Assembly: GCF_006345805.1 (NCBI RefSeq)
Contig: NW_021824849.1
Location: 1 to 64,000 of the forward strand
Length of the DNA: 64,000 bases
Source: Octopus sinensis
Taxonomy: Eukaryota
Direction of reading: 5' to 3'
Each line of letters opens with the position of its first letter. Position 1 is the first letter of the stretch. The notes under the pieces are model-generated. The model worked only from the letters and a program-made list of their open reading frames with translations. It searched no databases and had not been told where the DNA came from. This document shows, in pieces, positions 39,441 to 54,178 of the stretch. The position numbers and the translations under genes were made by a program.

Positions 39441-40129
39441 ATCGTTATTTGTTTTTTAGTGGTTGTTAGCTTCACGTGACCCTACACCTAATCCAGCAAT
39501 CCTAAGACCAAGATCATAGACGTTCCAGCTTTGACCATTCCATCTCCGGTTTCTTTTTTATCAGTTATCCTGCATTAAGATAATACCATTATTATATAGG
39601 GCACTTTGTCGAACCGCTACGTTACGGCGGTGTAAACAAACCAACTCCAGTTGTCAATTGATGGAGGGGCAAACACAAAAACACGTACACGCGTTGTTGT
39701 TGTTGCTGCTGCTGCTGCTTTTGTTATTCAGCCTCGAAGTCAAGCTGTGACCAAGCAGACCTGTTATAATCAAAGGCTCAAAGGCATTGCAATTGTGACT
39801 ACCATCTTTTTTTATTTTCTCTGAAGGAGAAGATATGAATCGAGTGTGGTTTAGCTACCATTTCTAGTAAGTTTAAACATACTGCATATAGACCCTCTCA
39901 CATCACTTCATTTGTTAGGTGAATATGCATATCTGGCTCTCTTCTCGAATTTCATCTCTAGTTTCACAACAGAGGGGCGATACCTGTAAACATGTTTTTG
40001 TTGTTGAATCTAAGGTCAAGGCTGATCCTCTAGTCTGCTGACTCACAGAAATAGTCGGTGTTACTGTTTAGCCCCGGGTCAGAATGATTTAGTTACTAGT
40101 TCTAGTAAGTTTAACACACCACATATACA

Positions 40130-40505
40130 TTTCTTTATTGCCCACAGGTGGCTAAACACAGAGGGAACAAACAAGGACAGACAAAGGGATTAAGTCGATT
40201 ACATCGATCACGAAAGGATGAAAGGCAAAGTCGACCTCGGCGGAATTTGAACTCAGAACGTAACGACAGACGAAATACCTATTTCTTTACTATCCACAAG
40301 GGGCTAAACACAGAAAGGACACACAAGGACAGACACACGGTTAAGTCGATTATATCGACCCCAGTGCGTAACTGGTACTTATTTAATCGATCCAGGAAGG
40401 ATGAAAGGCAAAGTCGACCTCGGCGGAATTTGAACTCATAACGTAGCGGCAGACGAAATATGGCTACGCATTTCGCCGGGCGTGCTAACGATTCTGCCAG
40501 CTCAA
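40130..40505 (-). mobile_element. SINE family B dimer
   Basis: Junction GAAATACCTATTTC at 40272-40285. Confidence 0.85.
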
Positions 40506-41289
40506 TAGGTGTTCATGTTAGGTGGATCTCAAGTTCGCCTCTCAGATTTCATCTCCAGTTTCACAGTAGAGGGACGATACTTGTAAGCAGTCCTTTACTC
40601 CACAAAGAAAATCGATATTATTGTCTAACCCCAGGTCAACCATAATCCAGCAGTCCTCAGGCACGTATGTAATCATTATTCAGTCCCAGGTCAACCCTGA
40701 TCTAGTCATATCACATGCTAGTAGTCGTTGTTTAGTCCCCAGATCAATCCTTATCCAGCAGTCCTCCGGTACGAAGGATGTGGACCGAACTTCGAAGGTG
40801 CAACCCACAAATGAAATTTCTGGTTATATCTAGCATGTCTCCATCTAACTAAGGACCAAATGGCACACTCTGAGATGTACTAATTAATTGTATGGCGTTA
40901 CAGTCTGACAGTCAGGACATATCTCGCTCTATTCAACGGCTGTATTCCATGAAATACTACACACTCCGACATGCGATGATAATTCGTATGGAGTGCAATG
41001 TCATATCCTGGACGTACAGCACTTTCTTCATTGCTCAGCCAATTTATGTTCTACAGTGTAGAGTACAGTCAGCCATCACACGTGAGCGAGTATGACTTGG
41101 TACCATGCACCGTGCTTTTGTAAATTGTTTCAGGTGCATGTGTAGTAGTGAATAGGCACAGACACCTTTTCAGCCTCACCTCTCATCCATAACCTAGCGA
41201 CACATGAGAGATGTGATAGCTGGAAGGAGAGAGATAGTGTGCGTGTGTGTGTGTGTTCTTGAAGCGATGCTTTTGACAGTTTTATTTCT

Positions 41290-41692
41290 CTCTTTTACTC
41301 TTTCTCTTTTACTTGTTTCAGTCATTTGACTGCGGCCATGCTGGAGCACCGCCTTTAGTCGAGCAAATCGACCCCGGGACTTATTCTTTGTAAGCCCAGT
41401 ACTTATTCTATCGGTCTCTTTTGCCGAACCGCTAAGTGACAGGGACGTAAACACAACAGCATCGGTTGTCAAGCAATGCTAGGAGGACAAACACAAACGC
41501 ACGAACACATACACACACATATATATATATACATATATACGACGGGCTTCTTTCAGTTTCCGTCTACCAAATCCACTCACAAGGCATTGGTCGGCCCGGG
41601 GCTATAGTAGAAGACACTTGCCCAAGATGCCACGCAGTGGGACTGAACCCGGAACCATGTGGTTGGTTAGCAAGCTACTTACCACACAGCCA
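41290..41692 (-). mobile_element. SINE family A
   Basis: Family consensus, with its head truncated by the adjacent SINE D. Confidence 0.9.
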
Positions 41693-41958
41693 TGTAATAA
41701 AATAAATAAATGCGCCCTTTTAAAGCCTAGCCAGGCTCACGGGCCCGGTTTCCTGGTTTCAATGGCGTATGTGTTCACCTGCTGGACGGAACGCCAGTCC
41801 ATCGCAGCGTTACTCATTTTTGCCAGCTGAGTGGACTGGAGCAATGTGGAATGAAGTATTATGCTCAAGAACACAACGCGTCGCCCGTTCCAAGAATCGA
41901 AACCACAATCTTACGATCATGATGCTGACACCCTAACCACTAAGCCACGCGCCTCCAC
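41693..41958 (-). mobile_element. SINE family D
   Basis: Reverse complement of 29171-29434. Confidence 0.88.
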
Positions 41959-42219
41959 CTTTTATACGTATGTCTGCAAAAAAGGCTTCAATTACATTAG
42001 TTGCCGTCATTGTTGTTGTTGTTGGTGTTATATTGTTGTTGATGTTGTGGGTTTTTAATTACTTCCTTAATCACCGTTCTGAGTTCAAATCCCACCAAAG
42101 GTCAACATGCTTTTGTTGTATTGTTCCTTTTTATTTTCTTATTTCTAAATTCGGTAAAATAATTATCATTCAAGTAGATACTGTCTTAGTGTCATTGTGT
42201 ATCAAAATAGAAAAGGATG

Positions 42220-42281
42220 GTCATCAAGTGGTGGTGGTGGTGGTGGTGTAAGGCGGTGGCAGCAGTAGTAGTAGTGGTGAC

Positions 42282-42323
<42 letters not shown>

Positions 42324-42420
42324 GATAGTAGTAGTAGTGGTGGTGGTGGTGGTGACAGTAGTAGTAGTAGTTGTAGCAATGGTAGTGTTGGTGGTGGTGG
42401 TGGTGGTAGCAGTAGCTGCT
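42220..42420. repeat. (GTG)/(GTA) compound microsatellite
   Basis: Directly visible. Confidence 0.9.
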
Positions 42421-43049
42421 GAGGCCACTGCTGCGGAAAGGACAAGCAGTAAGTACTGCAGTAGAGGCTGCGATGAGTTGTATGCACAAATTTTCATTGA
42501 AACTTGGTTGGAAGTTTGTACTTTAAGCGCTTCCAAACGAAAACTTTAAACACATACACACACACACACATCCTTTCACACGCATACACAAGCACTAACA
42601 AACATATATACAACCTTCCTACAAACTCGTGCAAGCCCATAAAACACACGCATACGCTTACATATACAGGCAGATACGCACGCTTCCGTGTATGTATATA
42701 TTTGATTTGAAAACCCCACTGGAATGGGAGAAAGCGCTAATTATCTGAATGATATGATATATATATGTAAAAAATGTAATATATAAATAAATATCTGTAA
42801 ATATGAACCATCCGATCTTCTGATTACCTCATTTCTTCTAATATATATATATATATATATATACAAGACGGGCTTCTTTCAGTTTCCGTCTATCAAATCT
42901 ACTCATAAGGCTTTGGTCGGCCCAAGGGGCTATAGTAGAAAACTCTTGCTTTAGGTACCACGCAGTGAGACTGAACCCGGAACCCAGGGTGTTGGGAAGC
43001 AAGCTACTTACCACACAGCCAGACACTCCTGCGCTTAGACATATATATA

Positions 43050-43591
<542 letters not shown>

Positions 43592-44120
43592 ATCTGTTTC
43601 AACACACGACTTCACATAAAAAATTGCACCAACAAATATTTAAACGTATATATATATATATATAATAATATATATATATATATATAATATGAATAATATA
43701 TAATATATGCATATAAACATACATATATATTTATACATGCATATATGGGTACAGGACATTAAAAAAATGTAGACAACGAAAACATAAAAACAAAAACATA
43801 CAAAACTAACTTTAATTTAAACAACCGAAAAAACAGAAACGCGACAGGCAACACAAAGAACATACCCCTTCACCAGTTGTCCCCTGTTTATATATATATA
43901 TATATATAGTGAATCCAAACAAGAAAAAAACAATAACGCGTGGACGTGGTACAAGTATTGTATTATCAGACGCACAGGAAAGGAATGAAAGAGGATTTAG
44001 CGTTTCGAGCAAAGTTCTTTTTCAGAAATAGAGTAAAGTCCAAAGGAAGGGAAGTCAGAGGAAGAAAATTGCCAACGATACACATGTGGTTACATTTTGA
44101 AATGTACATATATATATATG

Positions 44121-44162
<42 letters not shown>

Positions 44163-44330
44163 TGTATGTATCTATCTATCTATTTATATATATAATATAT
44201 ATATATATATCTCCCTGGTTTTTTTACTGAGATCTCCCTTTTTAGTAGAAGAAATAGCTATAACTCTTTGACTGCTATTTCTAATTCGGTCTGTGTAAGG
44301 CAATTCGTTGCTAAACCCCTTTATTGCTTA

Positions 44331-44378
<48 letters not shown>

Positions 44379-44379
44379 C

Positions 44380-44750
44380 CCTAGGACAGAGTTATTATTG
44401 GCGGAGTCATTTCCGAGTGTCGGAAGATGGTCCGGAATTTTATGAAGAAATCTGTCCAGCGAACTTTTGAATTTTATGGGCTCCGTTTCCGTTTTGGTTG
44501 GGTATTAAAGACAGCTGGACCGGTTAAGGCAAAGTAGTTGTGACATAATGTTGTTATGCGTCCTGAGTTCGATTTTTTGTAGTGGGTGCATAGCACCGGG
44601 GCCAAGTCTCGGATGGATTTTAAAATTGATGCCAAAATCATTTGTGCAATATTGATGGAATATTTTCCACATCATACAAATGATGTAGCACTCCCGGCGG
44701 CGTTGGAGAGAGTAGAGATTGGTTTTTCTAGTCGACCCCAATAGTCAATG
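44380..44750 (-). mobile_element. CR1-clade LINE 3' fragment
   Basis: Minus strand NLYSLQRRRECYIICMMWKI...HPRLG, GPAVFN and KFKSSLDRFLHKIPDHLPT...ANNNS, typical of a CR1/L2 ORF2 C-terminus. The 3' end abuts (TA)n. Confidence 0.8.
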
Positions 44751-45081
44751 CTACTCATGCCGTCTATCTTTCTTATGTATGTATGTATGTATGTATGTAT
44801 GTATGTATGTATGTATGTATGTATGTATGTATGTATGTATGTATGTATGTGTGTGTGTGTGTGTGTGTGCGTGTGTGTGTACAGACACAGAATAATTTCC
44901 GTGAATTCTAACGGCTTAATTTTCAGTAGTCACGAACGCAAACATACACACAGTAACTGTATATATTTGCATTTCTGAGTGTTTATATACAGTGTGTGTA
45001 TATACTTGTGTGTCAATACATGTTTATATGTATGTATGTGTGTATAAACACACACACGCATGCTTATATGCATATAATATA

Positions 45082-45470
45082 TAGGCGCAGGAGTGGCTGT
45101 GTGGTAAGTAGCTTGCTAACCAACCACATGGTTCCGGGTTCAGTCCCACTGCGTGGCATCTTGGGCAAGTGTCTTCTGCTATAGCCCCGGGCCGACCAAT
45201 GCCTTGTGAGTGGATTTGGTAGACGGAAACTGAAAGAAGCCCGTCGTATATATGTATATATATATGTGTTTGTGTGTCCGTGTTTGTCCCCCTAGCATTG
45301 CTTGACAACCGATGCTGGTGTGTTTATGTCCCCGTCACTTGGCGGTTCGACAAAAGAGACCGATAGAATAAGTACTGGGCTTACAAAGAAAAGTCCCGGA
45401 GTCCGATTTGCTCGACTAAAGGCGGTGCTCCAGCATGGCCGCAGTCAAATGACAGAAACAAGTCAAAGAG
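45082..45470 (+). mobile_element. SINE family A, full length
   Basis: Family consensus. Confidence 0.92.
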
Positions 45471-45486
45471 ATATATAATATAATAT

Positions 45487-45518
<32 letters not shown>

Positions 45519-45644
45519 CTATATATATATGCATCTGTATTTGTGAGTGAGAATATAGTATGTATACATTCATGTATGTATCTTTCGCATACATCTTTTG
45601 TCTGTACGAGTGTGTTGTGTAATTCACACACACACACACACATT

Positions 45645-46010
45645 CTGAGTTCCAATTCCGCCGAGGTTGACTTTGCCTTTCATCCTCTCGGGGTCGATAA
45701 ATTAAGTTCCAGTCACGCACTGGGGTCGATGTAATCGACTTAATCCCTTTGTCTGTCCTTTTTTGTCCCCCCTATGTGTATAGCCCCTTGTGGTCAGTAA
45801 AGAAATAAGAAACATTAGCACGCCAGGCAAAATGCTTAGCAGTATTTCGTCTGTCTTTACATTATGAGTTCAGATTCCCCCGAGGTCGACTTTGCCTATC
45901 ATCCTTTCGGGGTCGATAGATTAAGTACCCATTGTGTACAGGGGTTGATCTAATCGACTGGCCCCCACCCTCCCCCAAAATTTCGGGCCTTGTGCCTTGA
46001 GTAGAAAAGA
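45645..46010 (+). mobile_element. SINE family B composite
   Basis: Body ending AAAGAAATA joined to AGAAACATTAGCACGCC of an older copy. Confidence 0.8.
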
Positions 46011-46747
46011 ATATACTTTCACCGAAAGATTGCCATACACGCACGCGCGCAGATACACACAAACACACACACACACATGACTGGCTTTCGCACAACTTCT
46101 GTCTCTTAGATTTGCTCACAGATCATGGTCATCACGGTGCTATAATACAAGAAAGTGTTCCCACGATGGCGCGCAGGTGGAACTGAACCTGATACCTGTT
46201 GGTGTCTAACCGAGATTCTTAAGCATACAGTCATGCCTACGCCCTTTTATATTTATTTATATATTTATTTGCAGACTCACCCCTGCGGCTGTAGACTCAC
46301 ACCTAGTAGTCTCTTAGAGGTGTGTCTCACCGATCTCCCTTCCCATGTAGGCTTATCGTAAACCATCCTTTAAAGTAGTCGCATGCCTGAAGCACGTAGT
46401 GTAGGAATATTATACACACTCACACCCCCAACCCACAAACGGTGTGTGTGTGTATGTGGATATGTTTCTGCGTGCGTATATGTGTGTGTACTCCGGTTCT
46501 GCCCTCACGAAGTTGGGTACCACTCAAGAAGAGTGGTCCCGGTGCGCGCACTCGCGTACCCGCGCATCCGCGCTAGCTAGTCGTGACTAGTCGATCCTAC
46601 AACGACTACCTAGCAAAAGTAAATAAAACACAAAATAAATAATTTTTTTACACAAAGTAAATAATTTTTTTAAAACAAAGTAAATACAACACAAAAAGTA
46701 AATTATTTAAGCCAAAATTTTGGACCGTCCGAATTGTAAATTGTGAT

Positions 46748-47152
46748 TACTCTCTCTTTACTCTTTTACTTGTTTCAGTCATTTGACTGTGGCCATGCTG
46801 GAGCACCGCCTTTAGTCGAGCACATCGATCCAAAGACTTATTCTTTGTAAGCTTAGTACTTATTCTATCGATCTCTTTTTGCCGAACCGCTAAGTTACAG
46901 GGACGTAAACACACCAGCATCGGTTGTCAAGCGATCTGGGAGGGACAAACGCAAACACATAAACACGCACACAAACAAACATACATATATACGACAGGCT
47001 TCTTTCAGTTTCCGTTTACCAAATCCACTCACAAGGCTTTGGTCGGCCCGAGGCTATAGTAGAAGACACTTGCCCAAGGTGCCACGCAGTAGAAATGAAC
47101 CCGGAACCATGAGGCTGGTAAGCAAGCTACTTACCGCACAGCCACTTCTGCG
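46748..47152 (-). mobile_element. SINE family A, full length
   Basis: Family consensus, reverse strand. Confidence 0.92.
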
Positions 47153-47684
47153 CCTAATCTTTTTTTTTTATTTCGAAAAATTAAAAAAAATATTTTTCTT
47201 CATAGTCGAGTGAATTCCCGTGTGTACAAATTGGCAAAGATTTTCTGAAAATTTCCCTCCTCGCCAAAAAAGAAAAATAATTGAGGGGTTGAACAAGTGG
47301 GCTCAAAAGCAGAGTTACGCCCTATTTTGCTATAGGTCGGTGGTTCTCAACTATTTTCTACCTATGGGCCCCTTTAATTCCTATTTTACTCCGATGGACC
47401 CTCCTAGTCATTCGGAGGAAGTGTATATATATAAAAAAATTTTTAGATATTTTGTGAATTGAAGAAGAGTAACAAATTTATTGTGGATAACTTTTAACAA
47501 CTAAATCTTATATGGAACCCTAAGGGGTCAATGGTGGATCCCGGTTGTGAACCACTGCGATTGGTAATGTTGCGGTCGAACTAATAAAAGTACACATGTG
47601 TATGAAAGTATGTATGTATGTATGTATGTATGTATGTATGTATGTATGTATGTATGTATGTATGTAGTGAGTGTGTGTGTTTGT

Positions 47685-47728
<44 letters not shown>

Positions 47729-48120
47729 TTTAGTTGCCAGTTCTGTACAAGACATTGTAGATCTTTGGCTGGGCTAAAAAGTCTCATTCGATCACAGCAC
47801 CAGTAACAGTTAAGCTTCGTGCAATGGCCATACTCGATAGCGAGGGGGCAGCCATAATAATGTATGTATGTATGTATGTATGTATGTATGTATGTATGCA
47901 TGTAGGTAGGTTGGTTGGTAGGTAGGTAGGTGTATATGTATGCGGAGGGGAAGCGTGCAATGGCGCCTTTGGCTGACTGTATGGAAGGCCAACAATGTCA
48001 GCACTATACTTAACGTTATCACCTTTGATCATCTACATCTGTATACCATAACATCTTTGTTGTTTTTCTCTCTCTGTCTTTTCTTTCCCTCTCTCATCTC
48101 TCTCTCCACCACCACCACCC

Positions 48121-48151
<31 letters not shown>

Positions 48152-49042
48152 TTACCATCCCGATTCCACCTCCCATACACGATTTTAAAAAAGTAGGGTT
48201 GTATGCAATACAATGTTTTTCGTGCCATTAATTTAATGTAAGATTTTGTGTTGATTATATTAATTTAACCCTAATTTAGCAGTAACATAACACAACAATT
48301 AAGACTCATACATTCATGCGTGTTTATAAGTACATACATAATTACATGATGGCCGCGACTAGATTTCAAACAATGTCATCATCGCTTGATTGTTCTCTTA
48401 AACACGAGCTGCACAGATGTGGTCTTACAGTCCTGCTTGGGACCCACTCCCTTTTGCACAGATGTGGTAACAATGAGTGCCTCTTACTGAAGAGTTGCGA
48501 GGACTTACCAGTCTGGCTGACACATGCCTTCATTCAATCATTGGATTTTATTGAGTGCTTTCCCTATACCCGAAGGTGTTAAAATACCCTTTGCCTATAC
48601 CCGAAGCTGTTAAAAACGAGCTAATCTCATTCCCTAAACAACGTAGGAATTGTATATAAAAAAAAATTGTTAATATATTTTGGGGTCGATCTACGTCACT
48701 GTTTATGTGGAAATTATGTGTACTTGTAGAAGCAACATTTGTAGAACATAGGAAGAAGGTTAGTAACTGTAACTCTATTTAAAAAATCGAAAATTAACCT
48801 TCTTCCCAACTCTATAAACAAAAACGAAGACGTGAATGATATAAGACCACCATGAGGTTTCACAGCTGGCGACATTCCAACAGATTCTATAGTGCCAGCC
48901 AGCCAAACTACATTACTGGCTCAAGTAACTGACCACTGGACCTCTATAACGACTATGGTAAATAGCAGGCACAACCGCAACGATTATTGTAGTAGTAGTA
49001 GTAGTAGTAGTGGTAGTGGTGGTGGTAGTAGTAGTGGTAGTG

Positions 49043-49113
<71 letters not shown>

Positions 49114-49179
49114 GGTAGTGGTAGTCAGGATTATATGCCGGTGAAATGCGCCCTTACGGAAAGTTTCCGAGGAAAAATA

Positions 49180-52100
49180 ACTTTGGCTTTGAAGTAATCT
49201 CACGAGGAGAGAGTATTCTCTACCAAAGTAAGTAAGAAAACACCAGATGCGGTATTAAAAGCTGTCAAAGAACTTGGTGATGTGTATTTACAACTTTGTG
49301 ATGAGTCCACATACTGGAAGATCAACGCCTGCTTATATTCTCTGGCTATATTGTAAAACAGTAAATGAATGATATTCAAAAAGTAAACCAAACCAAAATA
49401 ACAAAGCAAGTACCATCATGGGTTTTGAAGACAGAGAAAAAGATATTACTGGTTTACGGAAGACCATAAGTCATGTAATGATGCTTATTGCATGCAAACA
49501 AGTAAATCATTATACGTCCCACTAACAGAAAGTAAAGAAGAGGATAGAAATGATAATGCAAACTGATTACTCTCAAGCAGGAGCTAAAAGCTGTCAGTGA
49601 AAAACTCCGACACCAAAAGTAAATAACCGAGAGAAGAACAATAAACAAGAAATTTTAACTGCAAGCAGGCAGCAGTATACAGAGACATGAGAGGAGGAGC
49701 AGTAAACATCTCGGAAGCTCCTTCGCGAAAAGACAGATTAATTCTGGAGGAAAATCTGGAGTGAAGAGAAGGAATTTAACCAAGATGCTTTATGGCTGGA
49801 AGAAATCCGAAAAAGTTAATACTCCTGGGTTACAGCCAAGACATACAACATTGATGGTGGAACTCTTGCAACTTTGATCCAGAAACTCCAGGATGGAAAA
49901 AGTACCTGGAAGAGACTTGATTGTTAGATATTGGTACAAGAAGCTAACATTATACCGACCATATCTTATCAATCTGTACCAGTAAGCTTTCATTGGGAAC
50001 AGTAACATACCACACTGGTTAGCTCTGGCAGAGACAAAATTGATCCCCAAATGCAGAACTACCCATATGGCAAAAAAAAAACAAAAAAACTACCGGCCTG
50101 AACTTAATGTATAAGATATGTATAGCATGTTTAAACCTCTTCCTCCAGGACCATTGTGAAACCAATAACATTATCACAGCAGAACAAGCACCCCGGAAGA
50201 AGTGAGTCTGGGGATGTGCCAAGCAATTGTTAATTAACAAAACTGTGGTGTCAGAGGTGTGAGAGCATAGGAGGAACCTAGTTTCAATGTGGCTAGAATA
50301 CAAGAAGCCTTTGACTTTGTTCCTCACTCATGGATGCTAGAAACCCTTCAACTTGCTGAAGTTCCAGTGAGAATAGTCAAAGCTATAGCTGACCTGACTT
50401 CATCGTGGGCCACCATCTTGAAATTAAACACAAAGTGACTGTATTATCACCGATAGAATACAGTATCGCAAAGGCATATCCCAAGGAGACATCCTCTCTG
50501 TGATGTTGTTTATACTTTATGTAAACCCTTTGTCATTCATGTTAAGGAAGTTTGCAAGATATCTCACTGGTTCACAAGGTAACAGAAATACCAAAATTAC
50601 ACAGTTTCTAAAACTTTATGCAAAGAATATGCATGCGATGAAAAAGAGCCTTGACCTAGTTACAACATTCTCAAAGGATGTAGAGTTGGAATTTGGTCAG
50701 GATAAATGTTATATGATTGTGAAAAGGGGAATAACTATAAACCAGACTAATAACATCTCCATCGATGATTTGACTGTTTCCCTGTATCTGACGAGGAATG
50801 TTACAGGTATCTAGTGGTGGATGAAAATACAAAGAGTGACTGTATTATCGCCGATAGAATACAGCGTCGCAAAGGCATATTCCAAGGAGACGGCCTCTCT
50901 GTGATGATGTCTATATTTTCTGTAAACCCCTTGTCAAACCCTCTTGTCAAAATACGTGTCACTAAATAATATTGCAGCCGAATAAAGAAATTTGGACCTC
51001 AGAACTCTTTGCATTCAATAAAACAGTGGCCCACAATGTGTTTGCAGTGCCCGTACCCATACCAACACTTGGGCTGCTTGATTGGACACTTGATGAGATC
51101 CGAGCCATTGATGTGAAAACCCGAAAAATACTAACAAGTACACATAATTTCCACATGAACAGTGACGTAGACCGCCTCTACTTAAAACGGAAACAAGGCG
51201 GTAGAGGCTTAACATCGATCCGAAATGCCTTTGAATGTCGCATCATTTCCCTTCGGAAACATCTTTTAACCACCAATTTTCGAAGTGCGTCTCTTGACCA
51301 AGTTTGCATACATGAGGCTGATAACATCATAAGACTTGGAAGGCAGCTCCTTGAGCAAAAGTCTTTGTCTGATAACCTAGAATACATGCCCGAAGAAATC
51401 GCACGACTCTATCGCAACATATCATCAGGTGAAAAGATAAGCTTATATGAGTAGAAGACTATGTATGGATATGTTAGTAGAAAGCACCGTGATGATGGCA
51501 ACATCGATCATCAAAGAAGTTTATCTTGGACCAATAGCCGGATTATTACCTCCCACTTTGAAGGGTATGCGTTTGCAATCCAGGAACAGGAAATATCAAC
51601 AAAGTACCTGATGCACAAAAGGGATAGAGATGCAGGAAAAGCCGTAATTGTGACAACCGATGCAGACTTTGTGGAGTTCATACTGAAGATATCACCCACA
51701 TCATAAACAGTTGTCCGAAAATATCATCACGGTATTATCTACCGATGAGACATGGCGTTGTATCTAGGACACTCTATAATGAAATCCGTCGGAAGGATAA
51801 TCCCGAGGAAAAAGAAATGAGAACCCACAATATGGTAGAAGCCATGGCCACCCACAATGAAAAGGAATACTGGTGGAATGTACCAGTGAAGATCTCAATA
51901 AAATGTATGCACAACAGGTTTAATATAATGAATTGGGATAGAGAAGAGAAACTTTGCGCAATTGTAGAAATTAGCTGCCCAGCTGAAGATCAGTGAAAAA
52001 GAGAACACCTATGTTGAACTATTGAGAAACCTGCAGTTAGTCTATCTAGATTACAAGTTCAGGTTTATACCTGTAATTATTGGGGCCCCGGGATATGTAA

Positions 52101-52310
52101 CACACTGCCTAAATTCCAATCTCGAGAAATTAGGCTTCTCAAAACCAGAAAGTAGAAAGCTAATTCGAAGACTACTGATCCAATCCATCACTGGAACTGT
52201 AAAAATCTGTAAAACTTTCCAGAAGTTTATCATTTAGATGTATATATGAGCATGTCTATATATGCAACTATATGCATGAGAATACATACATAAAAAATAC
52301 AAACCTGCAC
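49180..52310 (+). mobile_element. RLE-type (R4/Dong-like) non-LTR retrotransposon, defective
   Basis: Frameshifted RT motifs: FWRKIW, PGRDLIVRYWYKKL, NYRP, QLLINK, W.DYKK.FDFVPHSW, KGISQGDILS, YRYLVVDEN, RLYLKRKQGGRGL. CCHC finger CRLCGVHTEDITHIINSC. RHxxV, then endonuclease-like WDREEKLCAIVEISCP. 3' end runs into (TACA)n. May extend 5' to ~48600. Confidence 0.9.
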
Positions 52311-52385
52311 GTACATACATACATACATACATACATACATACATACATACATACAGACAGACAGACAGACAGACAGACAGACTGA
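52310..52385. repeat. (TACA)n/(GACA)n tract at the LINE 3' end
   Basis: Directly visible. Confidence 0.9.
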
Positions 52386-52852
52386 ACATTATCATCTTTA
52401 AAATAATCATGAAAGAAATTAAATACCTTCCATAAAGTAGCGAATAATGAAAAAGCATGTCACAACCTAAAAGCAATTTCTTCGATGGAATCCTCGAATC
52501 TATTTCCTGGAATCCTAAACTTTCCCTTCGATGTTGGTGGTGATGGTGATGGGGGGGGGGAAGAATCCTCCACACTGCACATCCACCCACATCAGGTTAA
52601 GTATTGCAGATCAAGATGGTTATTTATTTTCGCCCTTGTTATGGTAGCGGTATGTTAAAGTGGACGATGACGCTAGTTTTGTGTTACCATCTACGTTTGT
52701 TTCCGCTCAGAATTGAAAGCTGCCTCTTCTCTCCCATCCGGAAAATTCTCGACGTGTTTCTGCTGATCATTTCCGCAAATCTCCAGAATTTTCCAACATC
52801 GAGGTTAGTCACATTTTTCGTTGGTGGTTAGCCAGGGTTCATAATTTATTGG

Positions 52853-52883
<31 letters not shown>

Positions 52884-52971
52884 ACAGACAGACAGACAGA
52901 CAGATAGATAGATAGATAGATTGATAGATAGATAGATAGATAGATAGATACATACATACATACATACATAA

Positions 52972-53003
<32 letters not shown>

Positions 53004-53101
53004 GATATACAGGTATGGTGATAAGTGCCAACGCACGGAACTCTTGGACCTTGCGTCATTTTGTCATTTCTGCTAAATATTTGTGTGTGTGTGTGTGTCT
53101 A

Positions 53102-53500
53102 TAGGCGCAGGAGTGGCTGTGTGGTACGTAACTCGCTTACCAACCACATGGTCCCGGGTATAGTCCCACTGCGTGGCATCATGGGCAAATGTCTTCTACT
53201 ATAGCCTCGGGTCGACCAAAGCCTTGTGAGTGGATTTGGTAGATGGAAACTGAAAGAAGCCCGTCGTATATATATATATTTGTGTGTGTGTGTGTTTCTA
53301 TGTTTGTGTTTGTTCCCTCACCATCGCTTGACAACTGATGTTGTTGTGTTTACGTCCCCGTAACTTGGCGGTTCGGCAAAAAGAACCAATAGAATAAGTA
53401 CTAGACTTACAAAGAATAAGTCCTGGGGGCGATGTGCTCGACTAAAGGCGGTGCTCCAGCATGACCGCAGTCAAATGACTGAAACAGATAAAAGAATAAA
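53102..53500 (+). mobile_element. SINE family A, full length
   Basis: Family consensus. Confidence 0.92.
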
Positions 53501-54178
53501 AATGTATATATGTATGTGTATGTACATGTATATTTCTTAGGAACCGAAACCCAGAGACTATCAAATTCCTCAGAGAGACACAAATGCAGAAATTCAAGGA
53601 GATTTTTTGTGTTTTTTAGTTTTGTTTTGTTCTGTTTTTGTTTTTTGTTCTTTTTTTAGAGAAACACTTAAAATCTTTTGTTCCAAGCGTCAGACGGTTT
53701 GGCGTAACGGAACTTTCTATCTTGAAGGACATTAACAGAACAGGCATGGAGACTCTGGAATTACATGGAGACTCTGGAATTACTGATCTTCAGTTACAAT
53801 TAATCTACAATTACTGATTCAAAACCTATCATATTTTATGGTATATAAGAAGCACGTCTCTCTTTAAAATAAAAATCATTCCGAGTTCTATGTACGAAGT
53901 TGATCACCTCATGAACTTTAACATACTAAAAATGTTTTATCATGAATATGCGCTGCTGAAATTGGGATGCTGGTTTCAAATTTTGGCTCAAGGCTAATAA
54001 GTTTGGGCAACAGACTTCTTTTAGCTTCAGTCTACTCACAAAGCTTTTGTTCGTCGGTCCGAGATTATAGAATAAGACACTTGTCCATGATGCTACGCAA
54101 TGGGACTGAACCCGGAGCCATTTTATTTGAGAATCATGCTTCCCGTCACTTCCGAACCTATATATATATATATATATA

